A stretch of DNA of 64,000 nt from Ferrithrix thermotolerans DSM 19514 (GCA_945906305.1 CAMDQT010000002.1:130177-194176); one strand, 5' to 3'. Positions 1-9,373 are shown, numbered from the stretch's first letter. Numbers and translations are program-made. Notes: generated by a model from the letters alone, not told the origin.

Positions 1-402
1 CTCACGTCGTTGTCGGGGTGCAGCATCGCTCAGGCCGCCCCGAAGCAACTCGACGCCCGCCATGCCGACATCACCGCGCCGGCGAAGTCAAAGCTGGAGG
101 TCCATGCCGGGCCGGAGAACCGCGCTGGTGGCGACCATTGGCAGCTCACCATGGTCACGCCTACCGGGGCGGTGGCGGCGTTGGAGCGACGCCAGCGCAC
201 CGCGCAGGACTGCCCAACGGCGGTCGTGGGCTGTGCTGAAGGCGATGTCTATTTCGCCCTTACGCTGGCCGCAGACTTGCCCACGTGGACGACCGTACGC
301 TTCAAGGTCGAGAACTGCTGGCGCGGCTCGTGTCCGACGAGCGGCGCGGTGCAGACGGGAGCGCATGGCCTGATCGCCTACACCGTCACGATCACCCCGT
401 GA
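1..402 (+). CDS. 5'-truncated putative secreted lipoprotein, function unknown
   Basis: Frame 1 is open from base 1. LTSLSGC at the window edge looks like the end of a lipoprotein signal peptide (lipobox L-S-G-C). Stop at 400-402. No family recognised. Confidence 0.4.
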   Translation, partial: LTSLSGCSIAQAAPKQLDARHADITAPAKSKLEVHAGPENRAGGDHWQLTMVTPTGAVAALERRQRTAQDCPTAVVGCAEGDVYFALTLAADLPTWTTVRFKVENCWRGSCPTSGAVQTGAHGLIAYTVTITP

Positions 403-502
403 TGGCCTCCATCGCTTTCCCATCGTGGGCTTGGGGGCCAAAGTGGGTGAACTTGAATAGGAGGCGGTTGCAGAACGGCGTTCGATCCGCCAGGCTGTTT
501 CC

Positions 503-1042
503 ATGAATGAAAAACCTTCCTACCTCGGGCTCCTCAACGCCATCAGCAACGCTGAGGGCGACGCCCAGCAGTATCTGGCGGCATGGGCCGCCACCACCCA
601 ACGTGAAGACGTGAAGGCCATCATCTCCACCGTGGCCCTGCGTGAGGGCGAGCACAGCCTGGCGTTCGCCAAGCGGATGTGCGAGCTCGGCTACGAAGTT
701 CAGCCTCGCGAAGATCCCAAGTGTGCCCAACGGATGGCCATTGCCTCGTCGTGCACCTTGAGCGACTTCGAGAAGTTCGAACAGCTCGGCCTCGGTGAGC
801 CCGTGGCGGAGGGGGCTCCCGATGTTTTCACCTCGATGTTCGCCGACACCACCATCGACATCCAGACGGGTGGGTTGCTCGGCCGGTACATCGCGGAGGA
901 ACGCGACAGTGGGCGACTGTTTCGTTCCTGTCGTGAGGTGCTGGAGTGCGAAGCGGCCACCGCCGCTCCCGCCGCGAGTGCGGAGCGTCTCGACCGTATT
1001 GAAGCCCTGCTCGAGCAACTGGTGACCAAGCTGGGTTCCTGA
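503..1042 (+). CDS. hypothetical protein, possibly a ferritin-like helical bundle (weak)
   Basis: 179-aa ORF with an ATG start and coding-like composition. REGEH and EERD acidic/His motifs hint weakly at a di-iron or ferritin-like fold. No firm family call. Confidence 0.4.
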   Translation: MNEKPSYLGLLNAISNAEGDAQQYLAAWAATTQREDVKAIISTVALREGEHSLAFAKRMCELGYEVQPREDPKCAQRMAIASSCTLSDFEKFEQLGLGEPVAEGAPDVFTSMFADTTIDIQTGGLLGRYIAEERDSGRLFRSCREVLECEAATAAPAASAERLDRIEALLEQLVTKLGS

Positions 1043-1122
1043 CCGCGTTCGTGATGGGCCGGATTCATAACCGGTGCACCACGAGCGGTCCGGTGGGTTC
1101 GCTCGCCGAGGGGGCCAGTCGG

Positions 1123-1797
1123 TCAGGCCCCCTCGGAGCTTGGTCCGGGCCAGCTGGTCAACAGGACCTCGTTGCCGACCGCATCGGCCAATAGCCAACG
1201 GCCGTGCTCGGCGTCGGCCGCTAGGACCGACCCGCCAGCCCCTAGGGCCGCGTCGACGCGTTGCAGAGCGCATCGGTAGGTCACCGCGAGCTGAAGCCTG
1301 ACGGTGTCCCCAGTCGTGGCTGGCGCGCGTCGGGCAAGCACGACATCGGGATTGAAACGGCGGCTGTCGACAAGGTGGTGCTCGCCCGCCACGATGCTGC
1401 GTTGGCGGTAGCCGAGTGCTGCTTGCCAGAACGGGCTCACCTCATCGGGGTCGGCCACCTCGACGAGCAGCGTGGCGGCTTGGGATTGCTCCGGTTCGGC
1501 GCTGAGGCCTGATTGTGCTGCCAATGCCGAGATGTGCGCGCCAAGGCGGGTGTCGCGCCGCGTCAGGCCCCCGGCATCGTGGGAGGTCAGAACGATCTGC
1601 ACGATCCCGGGAAAGCGCAGGTCGATGTCAGGATGGTGGTCGGCCTCGTCGGCTGCGGCAGCCACCACCACCACGAATCGTGCGGCCGCGCCAAAGGACG
1701 TGGCGCGGAAGCGGGCACACAGTTGGCCCGGCTGCACACACCAGTCGGTGAGTGCAGCCAACTCGGGAAGTTCGTCCGGCGACAACGCTTTGGCCAT
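1123..1797 (-). CDS. pterin-4a-carbinolamine dehydratase (PCD/DCoH) domain fused to a VOC/glyoxalase-like domain
   Basis: EADHHPDIDLRFPGIVQIVLTSHDAGGLTRRD matches the PCD signature (HHP...H...D). The C-terminal half resembles VOC-fold proteins. I chose the MAKALSPDE start (ATG 1795-1797) over the longer ORF to 1854, which would overlap the next gene. Confidence 0.65.
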   Translation of the reverse strand: MAKALSPDELPELAALTDWCVQPGQLCARFRATSFGAAARFVVVVAAAADEADHHPDIDLRFPGIVQIVLTSHDAGGLTRRDTRLGAHISALAAQSGLSAEPEQSQAATLLVEVADPDEVSPFWQAALGYRQRSIVAGEHHLVDSRRFNPDVVLARRAPATTGDTVRLQLAVTYRCALQRVDAALGAGGSVLAADAEHGRWLLADAVGNEVLLTSWPGPSSEGA

Positions 1798-1831
1798 GCC
1801 GGTGACGCTATCGGGCGTTGGTGGGCCAGCG

Positions 1832-3037
1832 TCAGGCGCCGCGGCGCAGCACAAAGCCCTGGGAGTTGAAGTAGTAGCCGCCTGGCGTCACCAGGGCCAC
1901 CGAGGCCCCAGGGACCTGGCGGATGCCTGCGGTGCCGCGTAGTTGTAGGCACGCTTCGTAGAGGTGGCCAGCTCCCTGGGTGCCGCCTTCGGACAGGCTG
2001 CCACCGTGGGTGTTGACCGGGATCCGGCCGTGGATCAGGATCCGCTGCTCGTCTTCAACCCAATGCTGACGGACGAAGGCGCCGCCTTCGCCGCGACCGC
2101 AGTACCCAACATTCTCGAACCACGACAGCGCGATGTTGGAGAAGCCCTCGTAGGGATAGAACACGTCCACGTCCGCCAGCGTCAGTTCGGACTTGGCCCA
2201 TAACCGTTCGGCCACCACCACTTGACCGGCATGGTCGAGATCGACCAGTTGCTCCTCGATGCCGTAGTCGGTGTGGCCCAACGTGGCGGCGTGGACCAAG
2301 ACCGGCGTCTGGGCGAGGTAGCGGGCCCTCTCCGTGGTGGTGATGATGAAGGCGTCGGCAGCGTCCACGGGGATGTCCATGTCGTAGACACTGAGCGGGT
2401 CACGCACCATCCGGCCGGCGAGATAATCCTGCATCGTCAGCGGCTCTCGATACACCGCGTTGTCGTTGCTGGCGGCATTGGTGCGCGAGTTGATCGCGAT
2501 CAGCCCGAGCGTGTCGCGTTCGTAGCCGTAGTCGTGCAGGTAGCGGCCTGCCCACGCGGCGTAGGCATTGGCCCCAAACATCGAGTTGGCCCCGGACTCG
2601 GCATGGCCGGTGCCCCACGCGCTGCGGGTCTCAGCCAGGCCCAACATCGCTCGACGCCGCATCGGGTCGCGGCCCGCGCTGCGCGACGCAAAGGGCATGC
2701 GGTAGGCGTTGTGGTACACCAGCGCGGTCTCACACATGCCGCTGTTCACTGCTGCCACCGCGGCCACGATCTGGTTGCCGATGACCGATGGCGGATTGGA
2801 GAACCAGCTCACCCGAGCGATGCCCAGCGCAGCCTGCACGTAGCCGGCGGCCACGGTGGACCCGCAGATACCGTCGATGTCCGCCGCGCCGACCCCGGCA
2901 TCTCGAGCGGCAGCGATTGCCGCGTCGAGCACCAGCGAACCAGGGGTGCAGCCCAGCCGATCGCGTCCGTAGGCCGAGCGGCCGAGGCCGACGATGGCCA
3001 CTTGGTCTCGAGCGGGGTTGCGGCGAGATGGGCTCAT
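1832..3037 (-). CDS. thiolase-like protein, SCP-x / lipid-transfer-protein type
   Basis: 401 aa with an N-terminal VAIVGLGRSAYGR and a C-terminal VNTHGGSLSEGGTQGAGH typical of SCP-x-type thiolase-fold proteins. ATGA overlap with the upstream DUF35 gene. Confidence 0.8.
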   Translation of the reverse strand: MSPSRRNPARDQVAIVGLGRSAYGRDRLGCTPGSLVLDAAIAAARDAGVGAADIDGICGSTVAAGYVQAALGIARVSWFSNPPSVIGNQIVAAVAAVNSGMCETALVYHNAYRMPFASRSAGRDPMRRRAMLGLAETRSAWGTGHAESGANSMFGANAYAAWAGRYLHDYGYERDTLGLIAINSRTNAASNDNAVYREPLTMQDYLAGRMVRDPLSVYDMDIPVDAADAFIITTTERARYLAQTPVLVHAATLGHTDYGIEEQLVDLDHAGQVVVAERLWAKSELTLADVDVFYPYEGFSNIALSWFENVGYCGRGEGGAFVRQHWVEDEQRILIHGRIPVNTHGGSLSEGGTQGAGHLYEACLQLRGTAGIRQVPGASVALVTPGGYYFNSQGFVLRRGA

Positions 3038-3465
3038 GGCATCCTCTCAAAATCGACCCGCGGGCCGCGACCTTCAAGCCGGCGGATGACGATTCGGACC
3101 CGTTCACCAAGCTGCACCGTTCTCGGATCGACGCCGAGCACGGTGCCACCGAGACGTAAGCCGGGTTGTTCGTCGAGTTCGACCGCGACGAGGGGGTGGC
3201 CAACGGTGTAGTCGGCGCCTTCCTTGCGGGAGCCTTGGTGCAGCATCGTGAGCAGCACGATTGTTCCCGTTCCCGCGACGGCGGTGGGGGTCACGGACCG
3301 TGACCAGCAGCGTGGGCAGGCTGAGCGGGCCGGAAAGTGCCATGTCGCACAGTCGTCGCAGCGGTTGATCAGCAGCTCGCCATCGAGCAGACCGCGGTAG
3401 TACGCAGCATTGTCCTGATCCAAGCGGACACCGGGAAAGGCGTCTAGCAGTTCATCGTTCGTCAC
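3034..3465 (-). CDS. Zn-ribbon / OB-fold DUF35 protein (thiolase partner)
   Basis: CDDC...CPRC four-Cys ribbon followed by an OB-fold-like segment (GTGTIVLLT...). GTG start at 3463-3465 preceded by AGGGGGA. The longer ORF to 3615 would overlap the divergent CoA-transferase start. Confidence 0.7.
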   Translation of the reverse strand: MTNDELLDAFPGVRLDQDNAAYYRGLLDGELLINRCDDCATWHFPARSACPRCWSRSVTPTAVAGTGTIVLLTMLHQGSRKEGADYTVGHPLVAVELDEQPGLRLGGTVLGVDPRTVQLGERVRIVIRRLEGRGPRVDFERMP

Positions 3466-3605
3466 AGCATCCCCCTGACCGTGCCCGACACTACGCCGTT
3501 GCACCTCGCCAGCATGCGGCAAGCGTTTGGCAGTGCATCGTTGGGCCTCGCGTCCTAGGGTTCGAGACGCAGTGGACCACACTGCGGACTGGCGAAGGGG
3601 GTCAG

Positions 3606-4844
3606 ATGGGGGCAAGTGCGCTGGGACACGTGAGGATCTGCGATTTCACCGGCCAGCTCGCTGGTGCAGGGGCGACTCGCCATCTCGCAGCCTTCGGGGC
3701 GCAGGTAATCCGGATCGAGGACCCCGTGCGCAAGGGACGGTGGGACATCTTGCGCGGCTCGCCGCCATTCAAAGATGAGCGCCGGGGCAACGAGTTCGGC
3801 GCGGCATTCCAGAACCACAACGTGGGCAAGCTGGGCATCACCATCGACATGCGCACGGATCGAGGTCGGGAACTGCTGACCGAACTGGTACGGGTCAGCG
3901 ACGTCGTCACGGAGAATTTCGCCGCCGGCGTGGTCGAGCGGATGGGCTTCGGCTACGAGCGTTTGCGGGCGATCAAGGCGGACATCATCTACGTCTCGAA
4001 CTGTGGTTTCGGCCAGACCGGGCCCTACAGCGGCTTTAAATCGTGGGGCCCGATTGCGCAGGCCGTGGGCGGCTTGACGCTTACCTCGGGGCTGCCGGAC
4101 ATGCCGCCCGCCGGGTGGGGGTACTCCTATATGGACCACCACGGCGGCTACTTCATGACGGTGGGCATCCTGGCTGCTCTGTGTCACCGGTTGCAGACCG
4201 GCGAGGGGCAGTGGGTGGACATGTCTTGTACCGAAGCCGCGGCGGCGCTGCTGGGCCCCGCGGTGCTCGATTACACCGTAAATGGCCGGCCGACACGACG
4301 GGAGGGCTCGCCCAACAGCAACCGCGATGCCACCGGAACCATGGTGCCGCACGGTATCTACGCCACCACCGGTACCGACAACTGGATCGCCATCTCCTGC
4401 CGGGAGGATCGCGAATGGGCCGTCCTGGCGGCGGAGATCGATGAAGGCTGGACCACCACCGACGGGTTGCAGACGGTAGCGGGACGCCTCGCCCGCCAGG
4501 ACGTGCTCGATGCCGAGCTCGACCGTTGGACCCGAGGTCACGATCGCCACGAGCTCGCGGCACGGTTGCAGACGCTGGGCATCCCTGCCGCTGCGGTGGC
4601 CCGTCCATCGGAACGGATGGATCACGATCCGGCCACCGAGGCTTGGGGGTTGTGGCCCACGGTCGATCATGCCGCGATGGGCGAGGTCCGTGTCGATGGC
4701 ATGCCGGTTCACCTGTCCGAGACCGACTGGGTCATCGATCGGGCGGCTCCCTTGCTCGGAGCGGACAACGACTTTGTGTTTGGTGAGATCCTCGGGCTGT
4801 CCGAGGCCGAAATCGCCGACTTGCGCGACGAGGGGGTCATCTGA
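3606..4844 (+). CDS. family III CoA-transferase (CaiB/BaiF/Frc type), subunit 1
   Basis: HVRICDFTGQLAGAGATRHLAAFGAQVIRIEDP and CGFGQTGPY are hallmark family III segments. 412 aa. Confidence 0.85.
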   Translation: MGASALGHVRICDFTGQLAGAGATRHLAAFGAQVIRIEDPVRKGRWDILRGSPPFKDERRGNEFGAAFQNHNVGKLGITIDMRTDRGRELLTELVRVSDVVTENFAAGVVERMGFGYERLRAIKADIIYVSNCGFGQTGPYSGFKSWGPIAQAVGGLTLTSGLPDMPPAGWGYSYMDHHGGYFMTVGILAALCHRLQTGEGQWVDMSCTEAAAALLGPAVLDYTVNGRPTRREGSPNSNRDATGTMVPHGIYATTGTDNWIAISCREDREWAVLAAEIDEGWTTTDGLQTVAGRLARQDVLDAELDRWTRGHDRHELAARLQTLGIPAAAVARPSERMDHDPATEAWGLWPTVDHAAMGEVRVDGMPVHLSETDWVIDRAAPLLGADNDFVFGEILGLSEAEIADLRDEGVI

Positions 4845-6067
4845 TGGGAGCGCTGAGTGGTTGGCGGGTCGTGGAGCTGTCCTCGGATGGCGCGGCGTTC
4901 GCGGGCAAGTTGCTGGCCGAACTGGGGGCCGACGTGATCGTCGTCGAGCCGCCCGGTGGAAGCCCTCAGCGAGGCTACGGGCCGTTTCTGCACGACACGC
5001 CCGGCCCAGAAAACAGTCTGCATTGGTGGCATTACAACACCTCCAAACGCGGCGTCGTCATCGATCTCGAGAGCGAGGAAGGCCGGGACACGTTCCGTCG
5101 CCTGGTGACGGGGGCGGACGTGGTTCTGGAGGCCGAACGGCCCGATCGGCTGGCGTCGCTCGGCATTGACTACGCCGATTTGTGTACCGTGCGGCCCGAT
5201 CTGGTCCACTGCTCCATCACCCCTTTCGGACGGCGGGGCCCGCGGCACGATGAACAAGCCACCGACCTCACGGTGCTGGCGGGGGCGGGCCCGGTTTGGA
5301 GCTGCGGCTATGACGACCACACGGTCCCGCCGGTGCGCGGTGCGGGCAATCAGGGATACCAGACGGCGGGGGTGTGGGCGGCAATGTCTGTCCTCACCGC
5401 TCTGCTGTACCGGGCCGAGTCCTCGAAGGGCCAGCACCTTGATGTGAGCATGCATGCGGCATCCAACGTGACTACCGAAATGGCCACCTATGGCTGGCTG
5501 GTGGCTCGCCGGGAGGTCCAACGTCAGACCGGTCGTCATGCGGCGCCGCGCCCAACAGGGGACACGCAGGTTGTGTGCGCCGACGGTCGCTTCCTCAATA
5601 CCGGGGTGCCGCCTCGCAAGCCGATCGAGTTCAAGGCGCTGTACGAATGGCTGGTGGAACTCGAACTGACAGAGGAGTTCCCCCTTGCCGTGCTGCTGGA
5701 GATGGGCGGGCACTACGAGCACATCGGGATTGCCGAGATCGAGGAAGACCCGATGATCGGTGAGGTATTCGGGGCTGGGCGTGATGCGGTGGCGCTGATC
5801 GCGAGTCGGCTATCGGCTTCGGAGGCGTTCCTTGGATTCCAACGTCGGGGCCTTCCCGTGGGTGCGGTCTTCGCCCCGGAGGACATCGTGCAGGACCCAC
5901 ATTTCATCGCTCGGGGGTTTCCGGTGCAGGTCCATCACGAGGATCTCGAGCGCAGCTTCACCTATCCCGGCGCGGCGATTCGGATGAACGGGTCGCCCGC
6001 GTCGATCTCGAGTCGGGCTCCCCATGTGGGTGAGCACAACGCTGAGGTGCTCGGCCCTCTGGCCTAA
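4844..6067 (+). CDS. family III CoA-transferase, subunit 2 (paralogue)
   Basis: WRVVELSSDGAAFAGKLLAELGADVIVVEPPGG and ITPFGRRGP...TDL. Its ATG overlaps the TGA of the upstream paralogue by 1 nt (TGATG at 4842-4846). Confidence 0.85.
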   Translation: MGALSGWRVVELSSDGAAFAGKLLAELGADVIVVEPPGGSPQRGYGPFLHDTPGPENSLHWWHYNTSKRGVVIDLESEEGRDTFRRLVTGADVVLEAERPDRLASLGIDYADLCTVRPDLVHCSITPFGRRGPRHDEQATDLTVLAGAGPVWSCGYDDHTVPPVRGAGNQGYQTAGVWAAMSVLTALLYRAESSKGQHLDVSMHAASNVTTEMATYGWLVARREVQRQTGRHAAPRPTGDTQVVCADGRFLNTGVPPRKPIEFKALYEWLVELELTEEFPLAVLLEMGGHYEHIGIAEIEEDPMIGEVFGAGRDAVALIASRLSASEAFLGFQRRGLPVGAVFAPEDIVQDPHFIARGFPVQVHHEDLERSFTYPGAAIRMNGSPASISSRAPHVGEHNAEVLGPLA

Positions 6068-6093
6068 TCGGGTTCGGGCCGAAGCGATGGGTC

Positions 6094-6130
6094 GGGCGCG
6101 TCGTTCGCGGGGACACACGAGGACGCGCCC
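6094..6130. terminator. stem-loop between convergent genes (possible bidirectional terminator)
   Basis: GGGCGCGTC (6094-6102) pairs perfectly with GACGCGCCC (6122-6130) across a 19-nt loop. It lies between the CoA-transferase 3' end and the acetolactate decarboxylase 3' end. No U-tract. Confidence 0.4.
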
Positions 6131-6295
6131 GATTCGCCGGAATCAAGCGATGCAACGGCATGGTGGCCCACGACACACAAGGAGATAAGTGACGAATGGC
6201 ATATTCGTTGCCCCGCCGAACCATGCCACGACTGCGCTGGCAATGCAACAGAAGATCCGAACTCATTGGTCGCGGCGTCCCGCCGGTGTGTGTCC

Positions 6296-7093
6296 TCAGC
6301 TACGGTGCTGACCCTCGATACGGGCGATGCTCTCCCGGTCGGCCTCGCCGGGCGGGCCGAGTTGCACACCGACCGGTAGTTCGAGGTGCAGCTCGCTGCT
6401 GACGTCGAGATAGACGTTGGCCTGCTCGATCTCGAGATCGAGCAGGTGACCTCCGGCCAGACGATCATCGCTGATGACATGGAGGTGATGGCCGGGTACG
6501 TCGATTGCGGCGACGGTGTCGGGGAAGCGAAAGCCCACGACGCTGCCGGACAGCGAGTCGATACGCCATTGCGTCTGGTGGGCGGTGACCTCGGCCAGCG
6601 TTGGATATGGCGGGTGCTGGCGCGCCACGCTGCGCACCGCCACATTGCGGAACCGACCGTCGATTCGCACCGCGACGATGGAGTCGGGACGGCTGACCAC
6701 CTCGTCGATCCGGCGGCACACGGCCGCCAGGGTGGTGGCCTCCGTGATGGCGAACTGATGGTGCGGGGCGAAGGCGCACACGACCGCAAAGGGTGAGGTC
6801 ACCGCGGGATCAGGGCAGCACACGTTGCCGTCAGCTTCGATGACGAACGCCATGGCATCGACAATGATGAGCTCACCAGCGAGTGCGGCCACCGTGCCGA
6901 TGCCCATGTTGCCGTGAGCGAGTAGGTCCGCGAGGGGGAGGTCGCCATCGAAAGCCCCGCCCATCAGCGAGGACAGGGTACCGGCCTGATAGGCGACATG
7001 GTCGAGCGCGGCGTCCTTGGCTAGTCCTGCTCGGCTGAGGGCGCGTAGGTGTAGGGCGCCGATGAGGCGATCGTCGATGATGTCTCGGGCCAT
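6296..7093 (-). CDS. budA: alpha-acetolactate decarboxylase
   Basis: YQAGTLSSLMGGAFDGDLPLADLLAHGNMGIGTVAALAGELIIVD matches the conserved N-terminal ALDC block (YQ.ST..AL..G.Y.G......L..HG..G.GT...L.GE....DG). Confidence 0.8.
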   Translation of the reverse strand: MARDIIDDRLIGALHLRALSRAGLAKDAALDHVAYQAGTLSSLMGGAFDGDLPLADLLAHGNMGIGTVAALAGELIIVDAMAFVIEADGNVCCPDPAVTSPFAVVCAFAPHHQFAITEATTLAAVCRRIDEVVSRPDSIVAVRIDGRFRNVAVRSVARQHPPYPTLAEVTAHQTQWRIDSLSGSVVGFRFPDTVAAIDVPGHHLHVISDDRLAGGHLLDLEIEQANVYLDVSSELHLELPVGVQLGPPGEADRESIARIEGQHRS

Positions 7094-7182
7094 GACCCCA
7101 CGGTAGGTTGTGAATTGGCTGTGGGGCCGGACTCTTTCGGGGTCCGCCGTGCTGCGTCCCAGAAGCGCAACGGGGGTATTTC

Positions 7183-7800
7183 ATGTTGGTATCGGGTCGC
7201 GTCGTATCGGGTCGCGTCGTCCGCGGGGTCGGAACCACCCTGGTGATCGGGTTGCTCGCCTTGACCGGGTTGACCGCCTGCGGTGGTGGCAGCTCCGACG
7301 GTGACGCCTCCTCCTCCGCCACTGCTGCCGCTTCGGACAAGGTGAGCACTGAGACCTCGGCCAAAGCGGGCGCCTCGAGCTCATCCGATCTCAGCAACCA
7401 GCTGGCGGATTCTTTCAACGCCGCGGCCAAAGGTGATTGCACCAAGGCGCAGGCCATGTCCGACAGCGTCAATCCCGACTCCAGCACCGCGACATTCGAT
7501 GTGGGCAACTTCGAATCGTTGGCCAATGCCATGAAGGATGCGGCGGCCAAAGGCCCGGCCGAAATCCGAGCCGACCTCAAGACGATGTCCGAAGCCTTCG
7601 CGACGATGGTCGCCGTCTACAAGAAGCTGGGAATCGCCGATCTGACTCAGATGGCGAAGGTGGCGACAGATCCCACCAAGGCGGCCGAGTTGCAGGCCGC
7701 GGTGCAAACGATGCAGAGCTCGCAGGTTGCGGCGGCGTCTGATCGACTCGACGCCTGGATGAAGAAGAAGTGTCCCGGCCTAGGCGGGGCCACCGGCTGA
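7183..7800 (+). CDS. secreted lipoprotein, function unknown
   Basis: Signal peptide with an Arg-rich n-region, hydrophobic core and lipobox L-T-A-C, followed by a Ser/Ala-rich linker. Its 3' end overlaps the convergent monooxygenase gene by 21 nt. Confidence 0.6.
   Translation: MLVSGRVVSGRVVRGVGTTLVIGLLALTGLTACGGGSSDGDASSSATAAASDKVSTETSAKAGASSSSDLSNQLADSFNAAAKGDCTKAQAMSDSVNPDSSTATFDVGNFESLANAMKDAAAKGPAEIRADLKTMSEAFATMVAVYKKLGIADLTQMAKVATDPTKAAELQAAVQTMQSSQVAAASDRLDAWMKKKCPGLGGATG
7192..7221 (+). repeat. 15-bp tandem duplication (x2) inside the lipoprotein signal-peptide n-region
   Basis: TCGGGTCGCGTCGTA followed by TCGGGTCGCGTCGTC, encoding SGRVV-SGRVV. Confidence 0.85.
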
Positions 7801-9294
7801 CGCTGCGGCGCGTTCACGGACCCGGGTGCCGAAAGGTCGGCCGCGGCCGACCTCGTAGGCGTCGGTATCCGCCTGGGAGGTCCGCTCGCGGTAGTTCGCC
7901 ATGTCGCCGGGGAACTGGGTGACGATGCGGCCCGACGCGTTGCGGTAGTAGTGGTTGCAGTCGAACTTCCAGATGTCGAATCGGTCGAGTTCGGCCTGCA
8001 ACGCCACGTTGTAGCGCTGCTGCACCTCGGCTTTGAGGTCAAGCCAGACGAGTTCCTCGGCATCGAGCCGTTGCACCTGGCGGACGAGGTAGGCGACCTG
8101 GCACTCAATCATGTGGATGATCGAGCCTTGGTTGGTGTTTGGTCCGTACAGCATGAACAGATTGGGAAACCCAGTGGTGGTGATCCCGAGGTAGGCCTGC
8201 GCACCGTCGGCCCAGGCTTCTCGCAACTCGCACCCACCCCGGCCGGTGACGTCGAGGGCGGACAGATAGCGCTGCACCTCGAAGCCGGTCGCGGCGATGA
8301 TCGTGTCCACCTCGCGGGTGGTGCCATCAGCGCTGAGAACCCCGGTCGGGGTGATCCGTTCGATGGCGTCGGTCACCACCTCGACATGGGCGAGGTTGAA
8401 GGTGGGGTAGTAGTCATTGGAGATCAGCGGGCGCTTGCAGCCATAGGGCTCGGTGGGGGTGAGCTTGGCCCGCACCTCGGGGTCGGTGACCAGTGACAGG
8501 TTGCGTCGACCCGCTCGTTCCGCTTTGCCCAACAGCTCAGCGTCGTTGAACTGGGTGAAATGGTTCAGCTCCCGCCACAGCTTCCACCGCCGCCGACGAA
8601 CGGCAATGGGGTTGGCTTGTAACTCGGCCAGCGTTTCGGGGTCAAAGGGGGTGTCGTCCTTGGGAAGAACCCAGTTGGCGGTGCGCTGGAACAGATGCAA
8701 CTGGCCAGCTTGGGGCGCAATCTCCGGTAGGAACTGCACGGCGCTGGCCGCGCTGCCAATTACCGCCACCGATCGACCGGTCAGATCATGATCGTGGTTC
8801 CATCGGGCGGAATGGAACAGCGTGCCGGCAAAGGACTCCAGGCCAGAGATGGCCGGCCAGCTGAGTTCGTTGAACATCCCGATGGCGCTGACGACGACGT
8901 CGGCTTCGAGCTCCTCGCCCTGCTCGGTGAGGACCCGCCAGACGAGGCATTCGTCATCCCAGTACAGACCCTTGACCGCGGTTGCGAGCCGCAGGAGCGG
9001 GCGCAGGCCATAGCGGTCTACGACGTGTTCCATGTAGCGCTGGATTTCCGGCTGGGTGGCGTAGGGGCGGCTCCAAGCCGTGTTGAGCTCGAAGGAAAAC
9101 GAGTACAAGTGGGTCGGTACGTCGCACGCCGCACCGGGGTAGCCGTTGTGCCACCAGGTGCCACCGACGCCGGTTGCTTTGTCGAGGATGACGATGTCCT
9201 CATATCCCGCCTGTCGAAGTCCGATGGCCGCACAGATGCCACCCGGTCCTGCGCCGATGATGATGATGCGCCGCGAAAGTCCCCCGTTACTCAT
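7780..9294 (-). CDS. Baeyer-Villiger-type flavin monooxygenase
   Basis: IIIIGAGPGGICAA (FAD GxGxxG), the BVMO fingerprint FAGTLFHSARW (FxGxxxHxxxW) and a second Rossmann motif VAVIGSAASA. The MSNGG start (ATG 9292-9294) is preferred over the 590-aa extended ORF. Confidence 0.85.
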   Translation of the reverse strand: MSNGGLSRRIIIIGAGPGGICAAIGLRQAGYEDIVILDKATGVGGTWWHNGYPGAACDVPTHLYSFSFELNTAWSRPYATQPEIQRYMEHVVDRYGLRPLLRLATAVKGLYWDDECLVWRVLTEQGEELEADVVVSAIGMFNELSWPAISGLESFAGTLFHSARWNHDHDLTGRSVAVIGSAASAVQFLPEIAPQAGQLHLFQRTANWVLPKDDTPFDPETLAELQANPIAVRRRRWKLWRELNHFTQFNDAELLGKAERAGRRNLSLVTDPEVRAKLTPTEPYGCKRPLISNDYYPTFNLAHVEVVTDAIERITPTGVLSADGTTREVDTIIAATGFEVQRYLSALDVTGRGGCELREAWADGAQAYLGITTTGFPNLFMLYGPNTNQGSIIHMIECQVAYLVRQVQRLDAEELVWLDLKAEVQQRYNVALQAELDRFDIWKFDCNHYYRNASGRIVTQFPGDMANYRERTSQADTDAYEVGRGRPFGTRVRERAAASAGGPA

Positions 9295-9373
9295 GACCTC
9301 GACGGTACGCCTGCACGGTGACGGACTCCAACCGGTCGGGCGAGCGGTGGCCCGGTGGCAGCGTTGCGGTGGG

